Below are positions 56,420-64,000 of a stretch of DNA of 64,000 nucleotides, one piece after another. The notes under the pieces are model-generated. The model was given only the letters and a program-made list of their open reading frames with translations, searched no databases and was not told the origin of the DNA. The DNA lies in NCBI GenBank assembly GCA_964545575.1, contig CAZJFL010000001.1, forward strand, positions 294,178 to 358,177, given 5' to 3'. Both the position numbers and the translations under genes were made by a program. This stretch comes from an uncultured Planctomycetales bacterium (GTDB lineage: Bacteria > Omnitrophota > Gorgyraeia > Gygaellales > Profunditerraquicolaceae). The first letter of the stretch is position 1, and each line of letters begins with the position of its first letter.

Positions 56420-57559
56420 ATGTATTCCAGATTAATAATACCCCCGGAAGATAAAAGTTTCTTTTTATTCGGGCCCCGCGGCACAGGAAAAACGACTTGG
56501 GTTAAATCAAAATTTACCAAGGGCATCTATTTAGACCTCCTTGAAGCCGAGCTTTTTAATGACCTTCTGGCCAATCCTCAAAGGTTGGAAAACCTTATAC
56601 CAAAGAATTTTGATGACTGGATTATTATAGATGAAATCCAGCGAGTCCCAGAACTTCTGAACGAAGTTCATCGGCTTATCGAAAAGAATAAGTATAAGTT
56701 TATTTTAACCGGTTCCAGCGCCAGAAAAATAAGAAGAAAAGGAATAAACTTATTAGCCGGGCGTGCCTTATCATATCATCTCTATCCGCTCACTGCCGCG
56801 GAACTCGGAGAGGACTTTAACCTCGACCATTCGCTGAGCTACGGCCAGCTTCCTTGCGTTTATACCGAAGAAGATCCCAAGGCTTATTTAGAAAGCTATG
56901 TCAAAACTTATCTTGAGGAAGAAGTACAGCAGGAGGGATTTACCAGAAACCTGGGGGCATTTTCCAGATTTTTAGAGGCGGCCAGCTTTTCGCAAGGCTC
57001 GGTCCTAAATATCTCGTCGGTGGCGCGCGATTGCAGCGTAGAGCGAAAAGTGGTAGAAAATTATTTCTCAATATTGAAAGACCTGCTCATCGCTTATAGA
57101 ATCCCCGTCTTTACAAAAAAGGCTAAAAGGCGCCTGGTAACGCATCCTAAATTTTATTTCTTTGACGTTGGGCTTTATCGCGCACTAAGACCAAGGGGCC
57201 CTCTTGATAGTCCGGAAGAAATCGGCGGCCATGCATTTGAAACGCTCTTTCTGCAAGAGTTGGTGGCAATCAATGCCTATTTGAAATCAGGCTACAATAT
57301 ATTTTATTGGAGGGCTTACAATAATACCGAAGTAGATTTCGTGCTGTACGGAAGTAAAGGCATCCTGGCTTTTGAAGTTAAAAGGACAGGTAAAATTTCT
57401 AACTCAATGCTTAGAGGATTGAGGGCTTTTCAAAAAGATTATCCCGGCTCCAAGCTGCATTTCATTTATGGCGGAGAACGCCATCTTCGGGAAGGAGAGA
57501 TCGTAATCCTTCCCATAAAAGATACCTTAACAGAGCTTCCGAAAATACTTTCCCGTTAA
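56420..57559 (+). CDS. AAA-family ATPase (AAA_14 N-terminal domain plus a DUF4143-type C-terminal domain), 379 aa
   Basis: A Walker A FGPRGTGKTT, a Walker B/sensor IIIDEIQRVPELLNEV, and an overall architecture typical of this widespread stand-alone ATPase family. Confidence 0.85.
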   Translation: MYSRLIIPPEDKSFFLFGPRGTGKTTWVKSKFTKGIYLDLLEAELFNDLLANPQRLENLIPKNFDDWIIIDEIQRVPELLNEVHRLIEKNKYKFILTGSSARKIRRKGINLLAGRALSYHLYPLTAAELGEDFNLDHSLSYGQLPCVYTEEDPKAYLESYVKTYLEEEVQQEGFTRNLGAFSRFLEAASFSQGSVLNISSVARDCSVERKVVENYFSILKDLLIAYRIPVFTKKAKRRLVTHPKFYFFDVGLYRALRPRGPLDSPEEIGGHAFETLFLQELVAINAYLKSGYNIFYWRAYNNTEVDFVLYGSKGILAFEVKRTGKISNSMLRGLRAFQKDYPGSKLHFIYGGERHLREGEIVILPIKDTLTELPKILSR

Positions 57560-57562
57560 AAG

Positions 57563-57586
57563 AATCCCTGTCAGATTGGACATTTT
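57563..57586. repeat. Module aatccctgtcagattggacatttt
   Basis: It shares cagattggacatttt with 42899-42914. Confidence 0.7.
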
Positions 57587-57593
57587 CTAATAC

Positions 57594-57674
57594 GGGGACA
57601 GTCCCCGCAGGAGGCGGGGCACCAAACCATCCGATAGGTTTGGGTGCCTACTCGTTGCCTAAGGGGACAGTCCC
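57594..57674. repeat. Palindrome pair ggggacagtcccc (57594-57606) and ggggacagtccc (57663-57674) flanking a hairpin ggcaccaaacc/ggtttgggtgcc. It lies 35 bp upstream of the riboswitch-B promoter -35.
   Basis: Direct reading. Confidence 0.85.
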
Positions 57675-57709
57675 TGTTCAACAAAAAAGCTAAAAAAGGG
57701 GTGTGTAAG

Positions 57710-57738
57710 TTGACAAGTTGCACAAGGAATGATATACT
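57710..57738 (+). promoter_or_regulatory. Sigma70-like promoter. The -35 TTGACA is at 57710-57715, followed by a 17-nt spacer and a -10 TATACT at 57733-57738.
   Basis: I read it base by base. Both hexamers are near consensus. Confidence 0.55.
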
Positions 57739-57779
57739 TTATATGTAAAGAATATAGTTCTTTCAGAATAAAGGGAAGA

Positions 57780-57926
57780 CGATAAAGGTAAACTATCCGA
57801 AAGGATGGGGCGCAAAGCTATAGAGCCTAATCTCCGCGTAAGCGCGGGGCATGGCAGTCAGTTGCCGAAATCAAGATACGAAATGCTATAAGCCCATTCT
57901 AATAGGATAGAGTGGGCTTTTTTATT
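57780..57926 (+). promoter_or_regulatory. c-di-GMP-I (GEMM)-like riboswitch B with an intrinsic terminator, upstream of the RHH and adhesin genes
   Basis: AAAGGUAAAC-UAUCC GAAA GGAUG-GGGCGCAAAGC-UAUAGAGCCUAAUCUCCGCGUAAGCGCGG-GGCAUGGCAGUCAGUUGCCGAAAUC, compared with Vc2 CAGGGCAAAC-CAUUC GAAA GAGUG-GGACGCAAAGCC-...-GGUAGGUAGCGGGGUUACCGAUGG. The GNRA tetraloop hairpin, the GCGCAAAGC block, the GCC-UAA block and the 3' receptor-like region are all in the right order. Confidence 0.6.
57891..57926 (+). terminator. Rho-independent terminator (11-bp stem agcccattcta/tagagtgggct with one G-U pair, a 6-nt loop, then TTTTTTATT)
   Basis: Direct reading. It lies between the aptamer and the RBS AGGAG of the next gene, consistent with being the riboswitch expression platform. 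Confidence 0.7.
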
Positions 57927-57938
57927 AGGAGAAATAAA

Positions 57939-58202
57939 ATGACTAAATTAAGGACAGTCACTTTTTTGACGCGGGAGCAAATTGATTTTCTGGATAAATT
58001 AGGAAAGGACGCATTGTTTTATAAAGGCTCAAAGCTTTCGCGCGCGCATATCCTTGCCGAGCTGGTCGATTTATTAATGGAGCTAGGAATCGACGTGAAG
58101 CAGATAGACTTAGCCCATGGTCACTTAGCAGGCGAAATATTAAAGGCAATGAACAACGGGCATAATGGGCAGGAGAAAAATGAAGAAACACATTTTCACT
58201 AA
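57939..58202 (+). CDS. Small putative ribbon-helix-helix-like DNA-binding protein (87 aa from ATG 57939; the ORF track starts at 57912)
   Basis: An RBS AGGAG lies 8 nt upstream. The N-terminus reads KLRTVTFLTREQIDFLDKL...SRAHILAELVDLLMELG, a beta-strand followed by two helices as in RHH/CopG-like proteins. The assignment is tentative. Confidence 0.45.
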   Translation: MTKLRTVTFLTREQIDFLDKLGKDALFYKGSKLSRAHILAELVDLLMELGIDVKQIDLAHGHLAGEILKAMNNGHNGQEKNEETHFH

Positions 58203-61200
58203 AATCGGCTTGATTATTTTAAGCGCGGGTTTATTACTGGCGACGGCGGGAAGCCCTAGCTTTGCCTTGCCTACAGACCCCACCGTAGCCGCAGGGACAG
58301 CCACCTTTTCTAATCCTGACCCGAATACCTTAGCCATTAATGCTTCCAACCAGGCGATCATCAACTACGGCTCATTCAGTATCGGCAGCGGCGAGTCGGT
58401 AATCGTGCGCCTGCCTTCAGTGGATAGCTCTATTTTAAACCGCGTCTTAGGCAACCTCCCCAGCGATATCTTAGGTAATTTAAGCTGTAACGGCTTATTT
58501 ATTCTGGTAAACGCAAACGGCATCTTTATCGGGCCGAATGCCAATATAGATGTGGGAAGTTTGATTGCTTCCACCCGCGATATCACCAATTCTGATTTCT
58601 TAAGTTCCAAATATGTCTTTGAAAAACTCTCTAAAGAGCAGCTGGATATGTTGCTACGCAACCAGGGGACTATTACCGTCAGGGACGGCGGCTTCGGCGT
58701 TTTAATTGCCGGCGCGATCGAGAACCAAGGCACGATCATTGCTAAAGTCGGGACTATCGCCCTGGCCAGTGGCGATAAGGTTACTTTAAATATGGCTGGT
58801 AACAGCCTTATTTCTGTGGCAATAGACAAAGAGGTGGCGGCAGGAGTCTATGATCAAGACGGTAAACCCATCCTTGACCAGATTAAAAATACAGGCAGAT
58901 TAGAGGCTGATGGCGGGGTAGTGATGCTAAAGGCAGAGAGTATATCCGGCATCTTTAGGTCCGCCATCAACCTGGAAGGTTATGTCAAAGCAACTAAAGT
59001 AGCCGAGCGTGACGGTAAAATCACCATCGTAACGCAGCGGGATGTAGTAATAGATGCGGCTCTGGAAGCCACGGAAATCGAAATCGGCAAAGCCGATGAG
59101 GCAGTGCCGGAGAATGTCTACTTAGCCGGATTCTTAGCGGCAGAAAAAGCCATCACCGTGCTGGCGCAAAATGATATCCAGACCTCTGCGGAAATCACCG
59201 CCCAAAGCGGCGATGTCAGATTATTTGCCGATTATGACGGTAACGGCGCGGGAGAGTTTACCCAAAGCGCCGGGGTGATTGAAGCCAAAGGTAATGGTAA
59301 TGTCTATATTGACGGCTCAGAAACCATGACCTTGGGCGAGATCAGGACAGAAGAGGGAGCAATCAAGATCGGCACAGAGAGAACTCCTTCAGCTATTGCC
59401 GGCGAACCCAAATATGTCCACACTGCTGGAGATATTAAAATTACCGAAAAGGAAACTACCAATAATGTAGTCACTATGGAAACCGATAGAGGCGATGTTT
59501 TAAAATATAATCCTTCAGGCAAACTTACTCTTGAAGCAACAGCTGGCTTAATCCAAGACTTGACTCTTACTCCTCTGGCAGCGGATTATTTAAAATTAAT
59601 TGCTAATGGCTTTATGGTTAATTCCTCAGCTCTCACCACTGAGCTCTACAAGAATACCGGGGACCTGGTAATCAGAAGCTCTACACCCCAGGACTCCAGC
59701 GTGGCCTTAGAAGGTGAAGGGATCAATGTCACTTACCTGAAAGACAGTGCCTTGACCCTAAGGTCAGATAATGCAGTCAGGACCAGCCCGGGAGTGATCA
59801 TCCAAGCTAATCAGGTCAAGGTCATTGCCAATCAGTTCGGAACCCAAGAAGTTCCTTTAAATGTCCAGGCTAACCATACCTATTTTACTAGACTAAACGG
59901 CAGTATTGATATTATGGAGAGTTTAGGCTTAGGCTCAAGCATCATGCTGCGCGGCCCTCCGGACGGCTTTGGCTATATTATCTATTCTTATGCTACAAAC
60001 CTCTACTTAGATGCTCAAAGTGTAAACCTCTTAGGTACAAATCCTACCTATTTATACGGTAACATTAATTTTAATAACTTTAACTGCACCATACCGGGAA
60101 AAGAAATCTATTTTGAAGCCGGAAAAACCTATACCTTCCAAGGCAATACCCATATCGAAGGCAGTATTAAAAATATACCTATATACCTTTATTCCGGCCA
60201 AGCCGGCACTCCTTACTACACTAACTTTGAACAATCTATTACTTTAGCCTTACGCTACGTAAACTTACGCGATGCTTATAATTTAGGGGTGCCTATCACG
60301 CTGATACCGGGAAAGAACCAGGGAAATTGCGCCGGCTGGATCTTTGACCCGCTCTGGACCGGCTTAGCCGGAAGCGAAATTTGGTCTGATGCGGGAAACT
60401 GGTGGGGAGGAGATGTGCCGGAGGACGGCGAACCGGTGACCTTTGACGCTACTGCAACCGGCCTGGTCTCGCTGATGGATATTGCCGGCCTGAATCTTCT
60501 CTCTTTAACTATCGATGGCTATACCGGAACCATCACTCTGCAGGCCGACCTTGATGCCGGTGCCTACAGCCAAAATAACGGGACATTTAATACTACATTT
60601 GCTGCTCACAGCTATAGCTTAAATGTGAGCTCTTTTGACATGGCAACAGGAGGAGTCTTTAACGCCGGAGCCTCCACTATCACCTGCAGCGGAAACTGGT
60701 CTATCGGAGCGAGCACCTTTAACCATATGACCAGCACGGTAATTTTTAATAAGGATGTCGGCACGCAAACTTTGGATTGCGGCCCTGACGGAGGGATAGC
60801 GCCCACTTTTTATAAACTTACCCATTCAGGAACAGGCATCTTACAATTAATTAACAATCAAATGCAGCTGGAGAGCGATTTCCTGAATTCCGCAGGCACT
60901 TTTGACTCTAATAACCAAAATATGATCTTTGCCGGGAACTGGACGAATAGCGGCATTGCCACCTTTACCAGGGGAAGCGGGGCTTTAGCCTTTATCGAAA
61001 CCACAACACTTACCAATTCCTCCTCTAATGCCGAAGATCTAAAGGCAGTGGTTATTACCGGCGCAGTAACCTTAGGCTCAAACGTGACTATGACCTCAGT
61101 CAGCGGTGCTGGAACGCTCAATTTAGGAACCGGCGGCTACACGCTTACCCTTTCCGGAATCAACACGCCTTTAGCCGTAACTACTTTTAATAAGGGCAGC

Positions 61201-64000
61201 GGCGGCTCCACGGTTAACTATACCGGCTCAGGCGGCATTATCGGCGTGAGCGCGGTAGCCTATCATAATCTAAGTTTTACGCCGACTGTTGCCGCTACCT
61301 ATAATCTGCTCGGCGATCTGACCGGGGCAAATGCCCTAAGCGGAAGCCTGACTATCGGCGCAAATGCTACCTTAGATGTGCAGGATCCCCGCACTATGGT
61401 TGAAGTTTACAATATAGAGCTGGCCGGCGACTGGACTAATAACAATATATTTATCTGCAGGACCGGCACGGTGACATTTAACGGCATCGCCGCCAAGCAG
61501 AATTTTAACCCCGGAGCATCTGCTTTCAATGAGGTGATTATCTCCAATGCCCACGCTGACGGAGTGCAGCTGAACACCAATCCTTTGATCGCCTCCAACC
61601 TTAGCATAAGTCCGCTTAGCACCTTTGATATACAAAATCTGGACTTAAACTTATCCGGCGGCCTAAACATTCGCGGAACGCTAAGACTGATCGGAAACCA
61701 GGCAGTGACCTATTTCGCGCTAACCCCATGGGCTGGCAGCAGCGTGGACTATTACGGCAGCGAAAACTACACCAACCTGGCTGTAGGAGCAACCTATTAT
61801 AACCTTAAAATAAGCGGCGGCGGAACTTACGATATAATAGCAACCCTAGGCACGATCGCAGTCGGCGGAGACTTAACCATCTCAAGCGGGACACTGGACT
61901 TAGGGGGGAACAACTTGAGCATGAACCCCGCTGGCACGAGTAATTTTTATAATGACGGCACGTTAAGGTTGCATGGAGACGAAGTATTTACCCGTTTTGA
62001 TAACGATACCGATTCCGGCACCATAGTCTTTGACGGAAGCCTGGCCTATGCCGGGCCGTGGACCAGCACCACTAAAGGCGGAGCAATATTAACCGGCCTG
62101 ACCACCGGGCAGAATTATAACAAACTTACCTTTAACGGCACTGGCAGCTGGACGGCAAATAATACGCTGGATATAAACAGCGACTTTGCGATTACTCGGG
62201 GCACATTAAACACTAACTTTGATATGACTGTAGGGGGCAGCTGGACAGTTGCGCCGAGTCCGACTGCGGCCTTTACTTCCGGAGTTAATATCGTCGTTTT
62301 TGACGGCGCAGGTTTGCAGCTCTTAAGCTCAGGCGGAATAGATGCTGACCATGATTTCAATCAGCTTGCCTATGCCGGAACGGATACCTTAAGACTTATA
62401 GATTACGCTTTAGATGTGGATGGAAGATTATGTATTGGTACATCGCTAGGGACTTTCGATGCTAGGGCTCAGAGTGTAACTGCGGGCAGCCTATGGATGC
62501 TAGGTGGAATACTCCAAGCTCCCAATTCACCGGCTACGCTCATTGTAAACGGTGATTGCATTTTTGATAACGGCGGAGGCCACCCCACCCCCTACGCTAC
62601 TGGAGATATCACTTATACCGGAGGCTCAGGAGCAGTCAATATTACCGGGGATTTGGCTCTCTATAGGATAACAGACGGTTCGCTATTGCTGAATTTTACC
62701 GCAGGAAACGCGGCCGCAAGGGGCGTGGTGACAGTCAACGGCCAGTATATAAACGGCGGAAGACCTACTGTTGACTGGATCACCAACCAAGGCAAGCTTT
62801 ATATGCGGTCTGATATTGGCCAGACTCTGCCGAACAACGACTATTATCATTTGGAGCTCGATCATAACCTCGTAGGAGTTACTGCATACGGATTAAGCGG
62901 CACAAGCACTAATATAAATGGTAATTTAGATATAGACGCAGGCGCAGAACTAGATGTCAGCGCTACGCCGGGTTATGCGATTAACTTAAAGGGAAATTGG
63001 TATGATGACGGGATATTTATGGCAGGGGACAGCAGCGTCGTTACCTTAAACGGTGAAGGCGCGCAGACTATTGACGCTCATTTTGTCTATATTGCCCAGG
63101 AAATTACCCCTAAGGCATTCTACAATCTAATCATCGCTAATACAGGCGCTGGAGTGCAGTTAGTCAATACTGATTTTGGCGTACGCGGCACCTTCGAGCT
63201 GCAGCAGGGCTCTTTTGACGCTAATAGCCTGGATCAGTATTACCTCGGCGCAGATTTTACGTTAGATCCAGGCACCACCTACCTTAAAGGCGGCACCCTT
63301 TACTTTTTCGGCGACTTAAACTTTGCCGACCATACTGACCCCTTGCAGAATCTCGGCACCGTAGTAGTCGGCTCAAGCCCGGACACGGTAATCCTGACCA
63401 CCGATATGTCCGCCGACTCTTTGACCATTAACGATGGGGACGGCGTGGCCACCGATGGCTTTGATATCACCTTGACTGACTTCCTGACGATTATGCCTGA
63501 TGCCGGTTTAGGCGGCGGACTGCTTGATGCTACTACAAGCTTGGTGACCAGAAACTCCACGATTAGCTTAGGCGGGGATTGGACTAACTACGGCAACTTT
63601 ATTGCCGACGCAAGCACCGTAGTCTTAAATAGCGCAGGTGACCAAGCCATCAACGGCTCAACCACCTTCTATAACTTTACCGCCATAGGCGTACGTACCC
63701 TGACCTTCGAAGCCGGCTCGACCCAGACCATCACCAATATCACCATCCTACAAGGCGATGGAGCAGTTAGCCTGCTTTACTTAAGAAGCTCTGATCCAAG
63801 CGTAACCCAATGGATGATTGCTCCTGCCGAAGCAGGCAGAAGCATCAGCTATGTGGATGTGCAGGATTCTATAAATTTAATCCCCCCGACGATCAACCCA
63901 GCTGATTCCAATAATAGCGGGAATAATATCTTCTGGTTTGGAATATATGATATTTTAGGCAGGGTTTACCAAGACACGGGCGTAAACCCCATCGGGCCGA
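58180..64000 (+). CDS. Large secreted adhesin/exoprotein with a filamentous-haemagglutinin N-terminal (TPS) domain and a beta-helical repeat body. It has more than 1,940 aa and its 3' end is outside the window.
   Basis: An RBS AGGAG precedes ATG 58180. The signal peptide is MKKHIFTKIGLIILSAGLLLATAGSPSFA. The TPS block reads ...ILNRVLGNLPSDILGNLSCNGLFILVNANGIFIGPNANIDVGSLIASTRDITNSDF, with the hallmark NPNGI-type motif. It then has about 1,700 aa rich in G, T, N and S with repeated ...G.L.L.G / NxxxG motifs. There is no in-window stop, so it is absent from the ORF track, and only short antisense minus-strand ORFs are listed here. Confidence 0.85.
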   Translation, partial: MKKHIFTKIGLIILSAGLLLATAGSPSFALPTDPTVAAGTATFSNPDPNTLAINASNQAIINYGSFSIGSGESVIVRLPSVDSSILNRVLGNLPSDILGNLSCNGLFILVNANGIFIGPNANIDVGSLIASTRDITNSDFLSSKYVFEKLSKEQLDMLLRNQGTITVRDGGFGVLIAGAIENQGTIIAKVGTIALASGDKVTLNMAGNSLISVAIDKEVAAGVYDQDGKPILDQIKNTGRLEADGGVVMLKAESISGIFRSAINLEGYVKATKVAERDGKITIVTQRDVVIDAALEATEIEIGKADEAVPENVYLAGFLAAEKAITVLAQNDIQTSAEITAQSGDVRLFADYDGNGAGEFTQSAGVIEAKGNGNVYIDGSETMTLGEIRTEEGAIKIGTERTPSAIAGEPKYVHTAGDIKITEKETTNNVVTMETDRGDVLKYNPSGKLTLEATAGLIQDLTLTPLAADYLKLIANGFMVNSSALTTELYKNTGDLVIRSSTPQDSSVALEGEGINVTYLKDSALTLRSDNAVRTSPGVIIQANQVKVIANQFGTQEVPLNVQANHTYFTRLNGSIDIMESLGLGSSIMLRGPPDGFGYIIYSYATNLYLDAQSVNLLGTNPTYLYGNINFNNFNCTIPGKEIYFEAGKTYTFQGNTHIEGSIKNIPIYLYSGQAGTPYYTNFEQSITLALRYVNLRDAYNLGVPITLIPGKNQGNCAGWIFDPLWTGLAGSEIWSDAGNWWGGDVPEDGEPVTFDATATGLVSLMDIAGLNLLSLTIDGYTGTITLQADLDAGAYSQNNGTFNTTFAAHSYSLNVSSFDMATGGVFNAGASTITCSGNWSIGASTFNHMTSTVIFNKDVGTQTLDCGPDGGIAPTFYKLTHSGTGILQLINNQMQLESDFLNSAGTFDSNNQNMIFAGNWTNSGIATFTRGSGALAFIETTTLTNSSSNAEDLKAVVITGAVTLGSNVTMTSVSGAGTLNLGTGGYTLTLSGINTPLAVTTFNKGSGGSTVNYTGSGGIIGVSAVAYHNLSFTPTVAATYNLLGDLTGANALSGSLTIGANATLDVQDPRTMVEVYNIELAGDWTNNNIFICRTGTVTFNGIAAKQNFNPGASAFNEVIISNAHADGVQLNTNPLIASNLSISPLSTFDIQNLDLNLSGGLNIRGTLRLIGNQAVTYFALTPWAGSSVDYYGSENYTNLAVGATYYNLKISGGGTYDIIATLGTIAVGGDLTISSGTLDLGGNNLSMNPAGTSNFYNDGTLRLHGDEVFTRFDNDTDSGTIVFDGSLAYAGPWTSTTKGGAILTGLTTGQNYNKLTFNGTGSWTANNTLDINSDFAITRGTLNTNFDMTVGGSWTVAPSPTAAFTSGVNIVVFDGAGLQLLSSGGIDADHDFNQLAYAGTDTLRLIDYALDVDGRLCIGTSLGTFDARAQSVTAGSLWMLGGILQAPNSPATLIVNGDCIFDNGGGHPTPYATGDITYTGGSGAVNITGDLALYRITDGSLLLNFTAGNAAARGVVTVNGQYINGGRPTVDWITNQGKLYMRSDIGQTLPNNDYYHLELDHNLVGVTAYGLSGTSTNINGNLDIDAGAELDVSATPGYAINLKGNWYDDGIFMAGDSSVVTLNGEGAQTIDAHFVYIAQEITPKAFYNLIIANTGAGVQLVNTDFGVRGTFELQQGSFDANSLDQYYLGADFTLDPGTTYLKGGTLYFFGDLNFADHTDPLQNLGTVVVGSSPDTVILTTDMSADSLTINDGDGVATDGFDITLTDFLTIMPDAGLGGGLLDATTSLVTRNSTISLGGDWTNYGNFIADASTVVLNSAGDQAINGSTTFYNFTAIGVRTLTFEAGSTQTITNITILQGDGAVSLLYLRSSDPSVTQWMIAPAEAGRSISYVDVQDSINLIPPTINPADSNNSGNNIFWFGIYDILGRVYQDTGVNPIGP

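Noticed and set aside
40134-57674. Palindrome pairs as a CRISPR array
   Set aside because: They occur as only two copies per locus, the spacer between copies is itself conserved between loci, and there is no array periodicity. The behaviour is operator-like, not CRISPR-like.
53883-57680. The 53.8-57.7 kb segment as an intact IS element (HTH-DDE-like protein plus AAA ATPase bounded by inverted palindromes)
   Set aside because: The same palindrome pairs occur at the giant-gene operon and inside coding regions. The ATPase is AAA_14/DUF4143-type rather than IstB-like. No target-site duplication or clear terminal inverted repeats were found. It is kept only as a low-confidence idea in the findings.
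42520-57938. tRNA or other small structured RNA genes in the intergenic regions
   Set aside because: I found no T-loop GGTTCGAATCC-like or D-loop signature. The structured leaders are better explained as GEMM-like riboswitches.

Overview
This 64-kb window is coded mostly on the minus strand. Positions 1-40,859 form one uninterrupted minus-strand reading frame (over 13,580 codons) whose 3' end lies beyond the window. It is absent from the supplied ORF track because it has no stop inside the window. It encodes a giant multi-TM protein in which I can read a C39-peptidase-like N-terminus, a peptidoglycan-binding module, a site-2-protease (M50)-like module, a SAM-methyltransferase-like module, a NAGPA/DUF2233-like module and a SecA-motor-like module. 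It is the third gene of an operon (393-aa secreted repeat protein, 163-aa membrane protein, giant gene) driven by a sigma70-like promoter with a c-di-GMP-I (GEMM)-like riboswitch in the leader. From 43.7 to 53.6 kb (minus strand) lies a Tad/Flp-type pilus locus. It has ten tandem Flp-pilin paralogues (three are below the 60-aa ORF cut-off), TadE/TadF/TadG-like pseudopilins, an eleventh orphan flp, and tadB and tadC. It also sits behind a promoter and a GEMM-like leader. No tadA/cpaF ATPase, secretin or prepilin peptidase is present in the window. A RelE/ParE-Phd/YefM toxin-antitoxin pair sits between the two operons. Positions 53.9-56.2 kb encode a 773-aa HTH / E-A-K coiled-coil protein. On the plus strand there follow an AAA_14/DUF4143-type ATPase, a third GEMM-like riboswitch with an intrinsic terminator, a small RHH-like gene and a filamentous-haemagglutinin (TPS)-domain adhesin of more than 1,900 aa that runs off the right edge. 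Five paired copies of the palindrome GGGACAGTCCCC/GGGGACAGTCCC and a recurrent AATCCCT..ATTGGACATTTT module mark the regulatory regions and two coding 5' ends. I saw no rRNA, tRNA, CRISPR array or clear IS element. All calls are from reading the sequence by eye, and domain calls rest on motif-level similarity only.
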